Shown here piece after piece: positions 33,300 through 46,600 of a stretch of 64,000 nucleotides of DNA (the stretch's first letter is position 1; each line of letters opens with the position of its first letter). The notes under the pieces were generated by a model, which saw nothing but the letters and a program-made list of their open reading frames with translations, did no database searches and was not told where the DNA came from. This DNA is from Lingula anatina (Eukaryota; Animalia; Brachiopoda): NCBI GenBank assembly GCA_051362555.1, contig CM120641.1, positions 28,216,401-28,280,400 on the forward strand, written 5' to 3'. Position numbers and translations under genes: made by a program.

Positions 33300-33700
33300 T
33301 GACGTCTTCCATGCATACGAATCACTATAACTGTGCGTCGAATCGTCGCGCGTGCAGGATTAAGAGGGCCCCATCAACTGCAGACAATAATCATTATCTG
33401 CGGTACCACGGTCGTTTTTCACCCCTTAATGTTTATGCTAGGCTTAAAGAAGATCTGTGGGACATCAATCAGTATCCCGTTAGTCACTTGTCCCCGTTTT
33501 GGCACTCTGGTTGGACGTGACGTCACTTATCTTACCTACCCATAATGCTCACCGCCAGCGAGGTAGACACTTACACTCGATTGACCCTGTGATATGATAC
33601 ATTGCGTCCCTTTCCTTCGGTTCTTTGTTGTATAAATATTCATAAAAACGCCATCATTGTCAATTTAAATCGATCCTCTATGAATTGTGAGTGTATTTGA
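33300..33700 (-). promoter_or_regulatory. Proximal Pitx promoter / 5' UTR region
   Basis: CpG-rich stretch directly upstream of ATG 33192, with palindromic CRE GTGACGTCAC (33517-33526) and K50-homeodomain site GGATTA (33357-33362). Confidence 0.45.
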
Positions 33701-34990
33701 TGGAGCCAAAGCAGGTTTTGATGAATTGCCGGACTTTATTATGGAAATGAACAATATGGTAGGCGATTGAGCGTACAAGCCACTAAACGATCATCATCAA
33801 ATCATTATGCGCTCATGAATAAATCCAATTATAATGGGTTCTTCTTCGTTCTGATGGGTTACGGAAGTGCCCTCTCCTGATTGAATCACTAGAAATCTGT
33901 CAACTTTTAACTTAACAAACCTCCACTGTCGCGCTTACGATGGACATAAAGTTCGCTGATAAGGATGCAGAGGTTATCATTCCAGAGAAAAGTAACGGTA
34001 ACAGCCGCCATCGTTCATTTGTGGCAACTCACAAACACCCGATCACGATGTATAGCTGATCATAATATTTCTCCTTCATTATTTTCACTTCTTTGTTATA
34101 ATGATTAAAGTTGCTCAATAATTGTGGCTTTATATATTTTCTTTCTTTTTTTTTTTTTTTGATGAATAAAATACCATCTTTCCCGTCTCTTATTCTTATC
34201 AAATAGATCTTTTAAATATGCGTTTCCTGAATTATATTTAACCAATTCGTTTTGCCATAAAAGTGACGAGAATAATTTTAGTTAATAAGTGAAGTAAATT
34301 TTTTGTCAACTTTGACAAGGTTCAATTACACAACATGCTGAGGGACTTTGTGAACCACACTGGGTCTAGATACCTCGAGAACATTTAAGAGTTAGTCAAC
34401 ATTTTCCTGGTTCCACAAACCTGTCGACATTAACAAGGACTGTTGGATATTCTCAAGTACCATTTCAAAAATCTTCCCGAATCCTGTGGCTTTTCTAGCT
34501 TTGCTAGATTATACTTAGCTAAACCGACATATGTTAACAGTGACAGACGAGTGTACATGTAGGGACACATCTAAGTATTTTAGTGCTCAGAAGGTATCTT
34601 GCAGTTATTGAAAATACGATGAAGTATCTTGAACAGACGTCCAGTCAGTATTTTTCTTATTATGCTTGAAGCAACATTTGGTCATTAAATTTTGTGTGTT
34701 TCGGGTCGTTTCTCCAAGACCCTGTTCATCCGTTTCAAACTCTTTACATTCTATGAAGAACAACATGGTCTTTATTGTGTGTGTGTGTGTGTGTGAGTGT
34801 GTGTGTATGTGGGGGAGAGAGGGAGTGAGTGCCTCACTCCAATTGCGGATGTACTTTTAAAATCTATCCGCAGTTCTTTTAATTCACACATTAATTTACT
34901 TTTACTTTGGCAATCATTACGGAGGTCGTACATGAGCCGTGCACGCACAAAAAAGCGCATACATAAGCTCTTGTAACTCATGATGCGCAA

Positions 34991-35006
34991 TGGCGCCCCC
35001 TAGCAC
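34991..35006 (-). promoter_or_regulatory. CTCF-like motif
   Basis: Minus strand GTGCTAGGGGGCGCCA closely matches the CTCF core (CC[A/G][C/G][C/T]AG[A/G][G/T]GGC[A/G]C). Confidence 0.4.
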
Positions 35007-36698
35007 GAAAAGAGCATACAAATATTCAACACGCTGTTTTGGAGGTATGAGCCTGGAATTTGACAAATAATCATCAGATTTGTTTCAAATAATCCAGGTT
35101 AAACATATATATGTGGTGAATATCCATCAGCTTGTTCCAGATTTACTGCGACTAAGGTGTTCTTTTTCAGCACAAGAAGATAATTAACGCTAATAAGAGA
35201 GCGCAGCGTGCAACAGCTCCGCACCTAATCCTTATGAATAACAACGCATCTTCTTATCAGCGCAGCAGACTTTCTCCTTAATGCGAGTCTCATTCTTCAA
35301 AAGGGCAACTCTATTAAACGCAGAATATCCCTTCGTTTCATTTGTGATAGATATGTCGTCCTATTCATCCAAGTTAAGCCCGCCTTGTCCCAAGCGTATC
35401 AAACACAAGGCCTACTCATTACAATATCAAAATCTGAAATGATTCGATAGCAAGTGAAACCGAATCGGAATAACGTCCGTTAATGGAAAAGGTCTTAGGG
35501 GCTAACCCTGGGGTTAAACTTACATAAATGTGGCTAGCAGTTTGGGACAATTTAGGGAAATGTTACATCTGCGTATTCGGATAACTAATTTGAAAGGCTT
35601 ACAAGAATTAGTCGATCTGTTTTTCTACCCTATCTTCCTTCTAGCTTTGTAAATGAAAATGATAGCCACTCGAATACCTAAGTTAGCAAACACTCATCTC
35701 TTGCTTATATCTCCAATGCATCGGCAGAGTTTAGTATATGATAGATAGCGACGATATATTTGCTTCTTCTGCAGACGGCAGAAGTCATATCTTTACTAAG
35801 AATCGACCCACATTTCCACTAGTGTCGACCCCATCCGTTATTTTCACCTTTAGAAACAAAAAAATGTAGAAATTTGCGAAATTTGCCAGTCCCCTACAAA
35901 AGTAAATGAAACATTCGAATAAAAATATAAGAAATCCTAACGGTAATAACCCACCGCATTGAGAGAGAGAGAGAGAGAGAATGAGAGAGAGAGAGATTAT
36001 TTCCTAAATCGTCAATTATTCTTATCACTTGACAGTTTACATCGTTTAAGTACATAATGAAAAACAAGTTTTAGTACTGATCAAAATTAAGCCAGGTAGT
36101 ATGAATATTTTCACTTAATTAAGTAATACATGTAGGAAGCCTTCCACTCAGAATTAATATTCTGGATAAAAGCAGCAGCTAATCAATATATGGAAAAATT
36201 TAAATGCATCGACAAGTATGGTCCTAAGGTTATAGATGAACACTAAATTGTAAAAATATTTAAAAAATACTAACGGATTTTTTTGCTGCAAAATATAGCA
36301 AGTTTTCATCTCTTGGTTTTACATATAATACTTCGCCCTCGTTACAACACTTAACCTTTTTAGAGAAAGCCCTTCCTTTACAAAACTAATACAGCTAACT
36401 AATGGCAGCTACAGGATTCGAGTCATGGTTTTTATATATATATACATTTAGAATAATAATAATAGTGTTAATACTTTACAACATAATATTGATTTTGAAC
36501 GGAACCTTGTTCTTAGACATTCATAATGGGCTACTAACTACCTGGAATCCAAGAAACCTTGTTTCAATTAACGGGCGTTCCAATTAACACTATCAACTCA
36601 AACTACAGGTGTAAAAAAAAAAAGAAGTAAAGAAAAAAGAAAGCGGATCGGCAGAGTAAAATCATGTAAAAAAATTAAATTAAAAGATAAAAACTCAC

Positions 36699-36732
36699 CT
36701 GGACTGATGGCATACACAGAATGCTCGGCCAT
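36699..36732 (-). CDS. Pitx: Putative alternative first coding exon of Pitx (MAEHSVYAISP + phase-1 G)
   Basis: GACATGG start context, 11 codons + G, then strong donor CAG|gtgagt. Phase 1 matches the acceptor at 30977. Upstream acceptor tttatttctcatattag at 36840 defines an exon 36699-36839. Confidence 0.6.
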
Positions 36733-37807
36733 GTCTCTGTTGGCATACAAATTATCAACATTTAAAATGATTTACTTTCCATTGATAATGCTGGAAAAGT
36801 TGGTTGCTAATTTTGCTTAGATCCAAGTAGCAGTACAAGCTAATATGAGAAATAAAGTACTTCAGTAAACGCTGCTCAAATACTTATCTAACCAAAGTGT
36901 CATCGAGGCTAGGTTGAACGCGGAATCCATTGTAATTTATTTTCTATTGAAGTGCGGCGTACAGTTATTATCAACAGAAAATGAATAGTTAACCATCGTA
37001 TATCCAAGTAATGCGTTCTGACTGTTCTTATCTTAACAGACAACTTCACATTAATTTCAGTGAAGGACTTTTTCTGTCACGTCTTTATGTTATTTGATTA
37101 ATAAGGATTTTACACTTTGTGAATCATATATAACATCAAAGCAGAATACAAAATACTGAAGCTAAAATGAACAGATATATTCAAGAAAAATGTATTTTCT
37201 GTAAGCATATTCTTTTTTAACTACTTGATTTGTAAAGCCTGATAAATAAAATAATGTAAATAAACTAGGTCATAAACTCCTCGAGAAAAAGAGTAGAATG
37301 CATATATAATTTGTGGTCATCTGTTTGATTTATAGTTTCAAAATTATACATTCAAAGAGCCATGAATTTGATCCAAAACGTTGAAAGGGAGAAGAAATTA
37401 TTTTCAAAAACAGTACTGGTAGTCAGTGCAACGTTGAATTTTGACGTTGGTCTCAGTATAGAAAGGCAAAAAGAAAATAATAATAATAAAATTGTCCATT
37501 GCGCCCGTTTCAAGGATACAGGAACAGCCTCTAAAACTAGGAACATATAGCTGAACAAACTTTCGGTGTAATTCATATTTGGCATGATTTGCTGAAACAT
37601 CAGCAGAATAAGCTTAAACGCTGAAATGTATTAGACAGCGCTTAGACAGTAACATATTTACCACAGCAATACAGTAGATATCCTACGTATGTTCGTATAC
37701 AAGCAAGAATTGGTTTAATAATCCCTGTAGCTTAACGTTTGCTACATACAGTATTTGCATTGCTTGAAATGATACTTCAAAACATTTTCACTGCCAGTCC
37801 AGATGGT

Positions 37808-37900
37808 ACTCTCTGAACACAGGGTGCGCTAGTGGTCTGTTACATACTTTAATTTTGTATACTATTTTAGAAGCCCCTGATATCAGAGGGTATCCAGAGG
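37808..37900 (+). repeat. Dispersed repeat fragment (copy 2 of ~21772-21890)
   Basis: Shared blocks CTCTCTGAACACAGGGTGCGCTAGTGGTCTGT and GCCCCTGATATCA. Confidence 0.65.
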
Positions 37901-40900
37901 GTAATATGATGGAAATGAAATTAAAGCGTTCTCATAGACGCCTAATGATTACCTTGCAATCAAAACATAAGCGCCATATTTTCTTTTCATCGTTATATCT
38001 GTCAGCAATACGGGCACATCTGTTAACTTGTGCTCATCCAGGCAAAGTCACGGATAGCCCTGAATTATGCACTCTTCTATTCAACTTAGATAAGCTCTTA
38101 ACAAATGGAGATGTCAGGCCTCCAATTTCATCAAGACAGCTCAATTCTATCGGGAAGCGATCGACTTTTAAATGCACTAAAGCGGGATTAGAACAGATGT
38201 GATTAAAGAGATATTCATTTTTATTTCTAGACTTCTTATTTCCATCTCAATGCATCGAATAATGCGCTCCTTTTGAATTGATCAGTGTTTATATTGTAAC
38301 GCTCGTCTCGGGATTGCTAGGCTGGATTCGTACACAAGACGAAGATTTCGATAGGATTTTTTGACACAACTTTAACAGATAGGTCTCAATGCATGACATT
38401 AAACTGTCGAATATTTTCTTGTTTGTGGAACATTAAGACAACCGTTCAAGCTTATAATAATGCTGCTCTTAAATCTCTCTCTCTCTCTCTCTCTCCTGAC
38501 CGTCGTCACTGATATCTAAAAATTGTTTTTAAAACATTTATGCATTTGCCATGGTATCAACACACCTATATTGTTGCGATTATATTTTTCAATTCTGTTT
38601 GTAAATTTGTCTGATTATTAACAGTCATTAGCAATGTTGTTGGCAATGTCGTTGGCAAGTAAACACTGTCACAACATCAAAGTTGTTAACATGCCGTGTG
38701 CATATCACCTAGGATCCAATATTATTTGCTTTATCATAAATATCAACAAATAAAACCTCAGTCCAAGCGATGAAGTAAGGACAATACTACCCTCTACCAT
38801 AGTCACAGATGGATTTTTCACAAGATATTCATAGATTTGTCTCTGGCTATTTGATGACACGATTTTCTGCCCATTATTAATCTTCGGCCCTGTTAGAATG
38901 TTAGAATGTACCCTGTATACGTGTCTTGCTGGCAGATTTACAAAAGATATTATATTATGCTTGCATAAAAAGTTTTTTTTTTACCAAAAAAGTGCATATG
39001 GCCTCTTCATCAAGTGAAACAATAAACGTGACGTCCTTAATTCGTTCACTTCTGTTAACTTGTGACCACGACGTCGTAAATTTACGGTCTGGAGAAAAAT
39101 GCACATAATATCTTGGATGATCCACATTAAATGGCACTGCCAAGGGAGAGAGAGTGAGAGAGAGAGTGCGAGTGCACGTGCGCGCGCACGCGTGTGTGAA
39201 AAAGAGAGAGAGAGAGAGAATGGTGGATTTAGTTAAAAAGTTGTCGCTAAACAATATATCGGACGCAGCAAAAAGCTTGACATAAGGAATGCTGAAATTC
39301 TTTAATAACTTGAGAAAAAATGGCACTGTAACAGCCAACATTTTGTCAGCTTATATTTCTAAATTTCCAATTAAATTACACAGCCGATGAAATTTTTCAG
39401 CATTGCTAAAGGAGCATTATGTTCTTTGTAGTGGACGAAAAAAGAAAATTAATTGGTACAGTAATCGATTTTGGGTCTTGGCAAAATCAAAATTATTGGT
39501 GCAGTAAAGTGCTCTTTTTAGGGATTATCAATCAAAATACTGTGTAATACTGAATAATTCACCAAACTGATATCACAATGTATACAGTGCAAAAGTAAAA
39601 CAACTGATTTTTCCCCCGGTGTTTTATATTTCTAATTGCGTGTTAAGTTTAATGTCCAGGTTATAAACTGACCAGACGAATTCAATATTGAAAGGGTTGA
39701 TTTGTTTTGAACACTGAATCTGGAAGAAATTCAAACTGCCAACCCCATGAAACTATGTTCGAAATGTACATTGAATGGTGACCATAGAATACACCAACTT
39801 CAACCGAAACGGAAGGAAAGCTTTTATGCTTTGTGGCAAGCCGTGACATAAAACAACCGTATGAGCTATATTACTATGAACTATGGTATCAACTAAAATC
39901 TAGTTTACTGGCAGGGCCAAAGCTTTATCAATTTTATTGCCTTATAAATTGGTATTGATTGATTGGTGTTTTTAAAATTTTACTCTTATTTTCGATGATT
40001 TTCTGTCTCTTTAACTCTTCAACGATATTCTATATCTTATTGTTACTATTGTCAACTTATTTATCTTACATTCTTTTTTACTCTTTTCATATCATTTCAT
40101 AATATTGCGTAAAATATACCTGCTTTCAATGTGTACAGTTTTTTTTATCCTTCGCTATTGTACAAAGTCTTACATATGCATGTACTGATACGTGAATAAA
40201 TTGAAATTTATATTTGCCGTACGTGTTTTATCACAACTGATTAAATAAACTTTAAGTGGTTAAATCGCTTACCATTAATAAAAAGTTCGTAGATATTAAA
40301 AACAAAGCAGGGTGATATAGTTTTGTAAACTGTAACGGGTTACATGAAAATATATTAAGATAATTTTTTTCATTTTGTTTAATAACATTTAGACATGAAA
40401 ATAAAAGTGGCTAAATTATGCTCTTTGGTTTTGGAGAAATGTCAACATATATCTTAAAATAATTGGAATACACAGAACAAATTATTATCATTTACTGATT
40501 CAATCGTTTATTATTATTTACTTATTGGTTCAAGCCCTTTTTACTACTCCAATAGGTACTACGTTGTAAAAACATAATTACTTTATGAATATTAACAGTA
40601 TTCAATACACAATCCATATATATAAACATACTGCCTTTTCAGATTTGGAGCAAATAGCATTACTTAATATTCCATCAAAACAGAGCAAAAAGAAATCTAG
40701 TGTTGTGTATACCAATTAATGGAAAATCGTTTTGATCGATCTTATTATACCACATGCATTCATACGGTATAACTAACATGAGCTGAACTCACCGCCAAAT
40801 TGTTCCTCTAGCTTTTCCATTTTGTCGTGAATATGACGTCGCCGATCCCACACTCTATTTGGCCTCTTGGTTCACTCGTACAACGCACACGAGGTTCGGA

Positions 40901-41926
40901 ATGTTATACTGTAATTCGTTATTGGGTTTATATCATGAGTGTCGGAAGTTAATTCCGGGGCGTTAATACAATGTATAGTTATGACAAGTGTGCATCGCAT
41001 AGAGGGCCTTCATGTCAGCGTTTTCCACGCACAATCAAAGTGTTGATGTTTTGTTTATTTTAATAAGTTAAGTTTAATGTACATAATTTTTTATACATAT
41101 TTTCAGGTAATCAATATAGCTGAATAATTAGCTCAACGTCCCTTCATTTGACGTATCGTTAAGTGACATCACATACATGGGATCGAGATCGAAAAAAAAT
41201 GAATGAATGAATGATGAATGAATGAATTAATTAATAAGATAAAAAGAAGCAAGAAATCGCGTAGAGAATCAAGTGATCCTTATTTGATTGCTGTGCACCT
41301 AGGTTTATCCTAAATTGCAGTCAATTCTGATGCATCTTATTAATGAAAAACAAAATGCGCTATTTTTTTCATATTTTGTCACCCTTTTCTGGTGAACAAA
41401 AAAATAAAATCTCTACTCCTTGATTAGCATTTAAGGTCAAAGAACTACTGCTAGATTTGAGAACAAAGGCTGAGGATTTTGTGACTGGAGTGCCAAGAAC
41501 TTATACTATATTTTGCAAGCAAATTTCAAGCTAACCTAACGACTTTCTGAATCAGTCTAATCATTAAACAGCGCATTGGTTCAAATGGACTTGTGAAATT
41601 GTACATTTTAAACAATCGGTTCTTTACTTTTGTGGTAGTAATAAACAACAAAACGGAAAAATATACATATTGTACATATCATATACGCGATAATAATGAT
41701 GATGACCAATTGCTTTGTTTTGACTGCAGCTTGCTTTATTTACCTGTCCTGTGTATTTCCATTTCCTATTGGTCTTAATAGATCGAAATTCTGGTCATAA
41801 TCCACATTACAGAATCTGTATGTTGCCAGACAATGGTCATGTTTATCAAAAGAGTACAAAAACAATACTACTGCGTGTTGCACGGCGAGTTTACCTGTCT
41901 TAAAAAAGGTCACATTGGTATGTAAG

Positions 41927-42007
41927 AACCCTCTACCGGGGTCACATATTAATTATGTGCACTTTTTCGTAGCGCTAAAAATCAATCAGTGACCCTGGTA
42001 GAGGGTA
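41927..42007. mobile_element. 81-bp MITE with 9-bp TSD (Mutator-like by TSD length)
   Basis: TIRs AACCCTCTACCGGGGTCAC and (reverse complement) TACCCTCTACCAGGGTCAC; exact flanking direct repeat GTATGTAAG at 41918-41926 and 42008-42016. Confidence 0.8.
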
Positions 42008-42375
42008 GTATGTAAGCGTTAGATCAAGTAAGGGGTTATTTTGGTCACGGTATTGGCTGTTCATACGCTAAGTGCGTATACCGATAATAACATTGTGTAA
42101 CATTTGAGCAAACGTGCTTCCAGATGTTACCAGAAAGCATCATCGTATCTTAATTCATTGAAAATTTCATTAAGGTAGGAGCATCCCCCCTAACCTATAC
42201 CCAGGCTGCAGTGATCCCGCGCTTTATTTTGATGGTAGATTTTACTCAGCTAGTTGGTTTTACAAATGATCTTTAAATTTTTAATTGAAGATGTAGATCT
42301 AGTGTGATTTATAACACAGTGTCATCTTACCTCACCAATTCTTTTCGCTCCTCTAGGCTACTAATGATCAAATGA

Positions 42376-42377
42376 AA

Positions 42378-42408
<31 letters not shown>

Positions 42409-42504
42409 ATACCTTTTAAAAGAGAGGTCCCTTAACCATGACAGTGTGTTAAAACCTACAACTGAGTATCAACTCGGCATCATGCAAACTGGTATTCTTA
42501 AACT

Positions 42505-42551
<47 letters not shown>

Positions 42552-42647
42552 ATACCTTTCAAAAGAGAGGTCCCTGAACAAGTGAGTTTAAACCTACAAA
42601 TGAATATCAACTCGGCATCATGCAAACTGGTATTCTTAAACTAAGTT
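42376..42647. repeat. Tandem duplication of a ~135-bp unit, each copy starting with (TAAA)n
   Basis: (AAAT)n-ACCTTT..AAAAGAGAGGTCCCT...AAACCTACAA.TGA.TATCAACTCGGCATCATGCAAACTGGTATTCTTAAACTAAGTT present twice. Confidence 0.85.
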
Positions 42648-43159
42648 TTGATTTGCCAATTAGGTGTAATACAAATAGACATTCTTAGACCTGCTTGTGT
42701 CACAATAATTACGACAAACACTAATGAAGGAAGAACAACCGTTCAATTTCTAATTGACAGTGTGATTGCGTTAATTGAATCCGACTCTCTCACCTAACAC
42801 ATTTGACATAACTCACTCCACATGGAAGAGTAGGCCTAATTAAAGTTTTGAAAAGCTATTATTTTTGCAGCAAGATGGGGGTCTAGATCCACCTATGGAA
42901 AGTTTGAGGCCTATATATAGGCCCCTACAGCCAATATAGGTGGCAAGTCACTGCTGTCTAAAAGAGCTAAATACATTGTGACAAGATCAAGTTATAGGGC
43001 CTATACATGTAGGCCTATTATATAGGCCTAGGCCTACAGGTAGGCCTTCATAGAATTATAGGCCTAATAAGCTTACTTGATAATGATGAATTTCACCATT
43101 AATGAAGATCACAATAAATAAATAAATATATATATTAACAACAACGACCACAGTAACAG

Positions 43160-43163
<4 letters not shown>

Positions 43164-43211
<48 letters not shown>
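43164..43211. repeat. Poly(A) tract (~48 nt)
   Basis: Direct observation. Confidence 0.95.
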
Positions 43212-43212
<1 letters not shown>

Positions 43213-43539
43213 GACTACAACAAATATAGCAACAACGTTAACATCATCATCAACAACAACAATAATATATTTCTGAGGATGGGCCCTACCTGTAGGCTCT
43301 AAGATTAAACGTCTATTATAGGTCAAATAATACACAAATGGGAATAACACACACCATCAATTAATGCATGCCTATATGTGCGATGCCCAAAATTGGACTT
43401 TATTTATTTACTCCATTTGCTAATTGTCTCATATAGTAAAAAAAGAAAAATTAAAGAAAGGTAAAGATCTTGAAGAAAACTACACGGAAACTCAAAATAA
43501 GGCAAAGTCAACATCCTAACATTAACTTCAAATGGTCCT

Positions 43540-43658
43540 TGTTACGCGCTGGAGAAAATTCGTCTGCTCGACGGTACGTCATGCACCTCATGGCAGCTTA
43601 TAAACCAATCAGCGGCTGGTCCAAATTTTAGGCTGAAGAATTCAAACAAGAGAGAAAC
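43540..43658 (+). promoter_or_regulatory. Putative Dok-7-like promoter / 5' UTR
   Basis: CpG-containing stretch with TTATAAA and CCAATCAG (NF-Y-type) immediately before AAACATGG. Confidence 0.45.
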
Positions 43659-46600
43659 ATGGCTGACAGTAATGTCATAGAAGAAGGTCCTGTAGACTTG
43701 CCCTTCAAGAAATCGACGGAAAATAGCTCATTTTCAAATTTGAATTAACACTGTAGAAAAAGTATATAAGCTCAAGCTCTCAGATTTCGCACATAGGTGC
43801 GATATTATGTAAAGAATAAATGTTGTAAATTTCAATACAATTGGTTGTGTAGATTTTGAGATAGAACGCTCTGAATGTACTGCAAACCATAACACTTACG
43901 CCTTCAAGATCTCGACGGAAACCGGAAGTGCGTCGTGACGTCATTCCATTGTGCTTGGGAAGATGCTGGATGATTTTCTGTTGAGAAGGACTTCGTTTTT
44001 TATCAAAATATTAAGTAAATGACTTTGCAAACCACGCATATAGTTTTTTTTTAAAGTAAAAAAAGCTATTTAAGACTAAGTTTTGTTTTTTTATTTCGAT
44101 TTATATTTCAATGTTGTCTCATGTTTTCATAGCATTTCAAGAAAGTTCAAACGATTCACGAATTCGGCTTTTAATGATGTCTGAAGCGTGTAAGGCGTCA
44201 TATATGTTTATAGAAAGTGTATTAGAAATTGAACTTAAGTAAACGTACTGAGAACGAACTCTAGACTCACAAATAGTGTTTGGTCATAAAAGATTTTACT
44301 TTTCTCAAAGACCACTTATATTTCCACTACAATCTTATAATATACAGAGGTAGTCCTAATTACGTATACCGCCCCATTTTAATCAAAACGGAAAAAAGAA
44401 TACACACACATTTTATCATTTCAAGATGAACAATGTGACAGAAAACAAACAATCACAGACGACAGAATTTACAACAGACATGAAGGGGCAAATGAAGGGC
44501 CACAAATTTATGTACATTACTTTATCTGTAATATTAATACGTTGAAAAACTGTAATTATAATAATAAACAATATACATGTTGAAAAGAACTAAACCAATA
44601 CTCTTTTATTCTGATGCCTGCCAGCAGTTATGGCATAAAAAAACGTCCAAAAATGTGGGTGTTTTCGCGCAAGAAAGATGTTCTTGCGCATTGCAAACGA
44701 CACACCGAATAAACTCGTACACTTCTTCCACCAACTCAGTTGTGCTAGTACTTGGTGGCTCCATACCGTTGCATACGGTACATATCGGTGCCGGCCGACG
44801 GGGTGTAGGTCTACTTGGTGCCACGGTTCCTTCCCGCGGTTCTTCAATGAAGAAATTTCCTGCCACGATGCCCATTCTTTTTGCCCTCTTTTCATATGCT
44901 CTTTTCCTTTTCTCTTCTTCCTTTTTCTCTTTCTCCTGTCTTCTTAATTCTTTTCTCCGTTCCACTTCCAAGGCCTTCTGTGCCTTTCGATCGTGTGCCT
45001 CAGCCCTCTTTCTCTCCCTCTCCTCGCCCGCTCTTTTCTTCTCCTCCTCCTTCTCTATCCTTCGCTTAGCGGCATCTTCCCTTTTCTTCTGTTTTTCTTG
45101 AACAATCCTTTGGCTTTCTTCCTCTTTTCTTCTTTTTTCTGCCATCACTTCGTCCGACGTCAGTACTTGCGATCTACTATAATCTGTTGCAAATCTTCTT
45201 TTTCTCATGGGTGCCCCTTCTGCTGGTACAATCAGCACTTTCGCGATGGTTGGAGACACTATGCCCATCTTCACCATTGGGTGTTGCTCAATCTTGCATA
45301 TGTGACCACAGTAACAGACAGGTGTCGCGTCAGTAGAGTCTGTTTGCGTCATCGAGTCCGTCTTGTCTGTCGGCTGTCCATTGTCATCGTAATATGTCTG
45401 AGTGGTTTGGTCTTTTCTCTCTTCGTCGTCACCGCTGCACTCCAATATGAGGCAGCACACGTCTCCACTTGTCTTTGTCTTCTTATGTGCTCTGTCGTTT
45501 TCTATGTATTTATCTGCCTTTATAGCCTTTGGGTTGAGTGGCCATATCCCTGTAGTTTTGAAAGACGCTGATAGTTTTTCTGGTGTTAGTGCTTTCCTTC
45601 GAGCAGATTTAAAAATTGCTGGAAAAGTTGCTTTAGTGATAAGAAGGTTTTTCCGTAAAAGACTGGCGGATTTTGCAATTTTTCTATACTCCAATTTTAG
45701 ATCTTTAAAAATTTGATCCAGGGGTTGTAAAAAATGAGAAGTGTGGGCTGGGATATTAAATAAAATGATGTTGTTTTCCTTAGCACTGTCAATAAGACCT
45801 TTGGAAGCATGGGCTGCTAAGTTGTCTTGCAACAATATCAAGGGCCTGGCAGAGGGGGCGTGTTTCAAGAAAATTTTGACAAACCATTGCAAATACATGT
45901 CAGAGTCTATGTACCCCGACTCAGAGGAGCCATAAAGGGCGTCTTCCGGCCCTTGCTGTATGGCTTCAGGTGCTGGGGGACAGCCCTCGAATATAATCAT
46001 CGGTGGCAGCAGCTGGCCAACGGCACTGCCACACTCCACGACAGTAACATGGTTGGCATTGGTTACCTCTCTTTCATATGGGAACTGTTTTCCCTTCTTG
46101 GCGACAACTTTCGAGCTTGCTTTAGACTGAAAGTAAGTCTCATCTACATTGTAGATTTTACTTGGATCGGTAATGTTGTGCAGTGCGAGGGTTTCTTTTA
46201 GTAAATCAAAATGCGATTCTGCAACGGATGGCTGCGACATGACGGCTCTGCCTCTGAAAAATAATTTTCTAGAACGGTTAGAGCACAGCGATTTTGCCTT
46301 TAAGTACCTTTAACACAATGCCTTTGTTAAATGGAGGAAAAAAGCCCACACTCATATGTGAACATTTTAGGTTGTAAAAAAATTGAATTTGCAATGACCA
46401 TCATTATTATTACCACAATCATTATTATTTTCAGTCACAGGCACACCTATTGATTAATCCCGGCTTTCTTAGAGAGAGCTCGGGGTGCCTTTGCCTAAGG
46501 CGCCACCACCAACCATCCGATGCAAGAAACTCCACATTTGGGTCCCTTTCTTTCATGATCCCTTTTGCAAAGTGCCCCATCAGGTCTCTTGTCAGAGGAA

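Noticed and set aside
44577-46201. Several long plus-strand ORFs (174, 192, 124, 104 aa)
   Set aside because: Antisense shadows of the transposase exon; low-complexity F/S/L content mirrors the K/E/R coiled coil.
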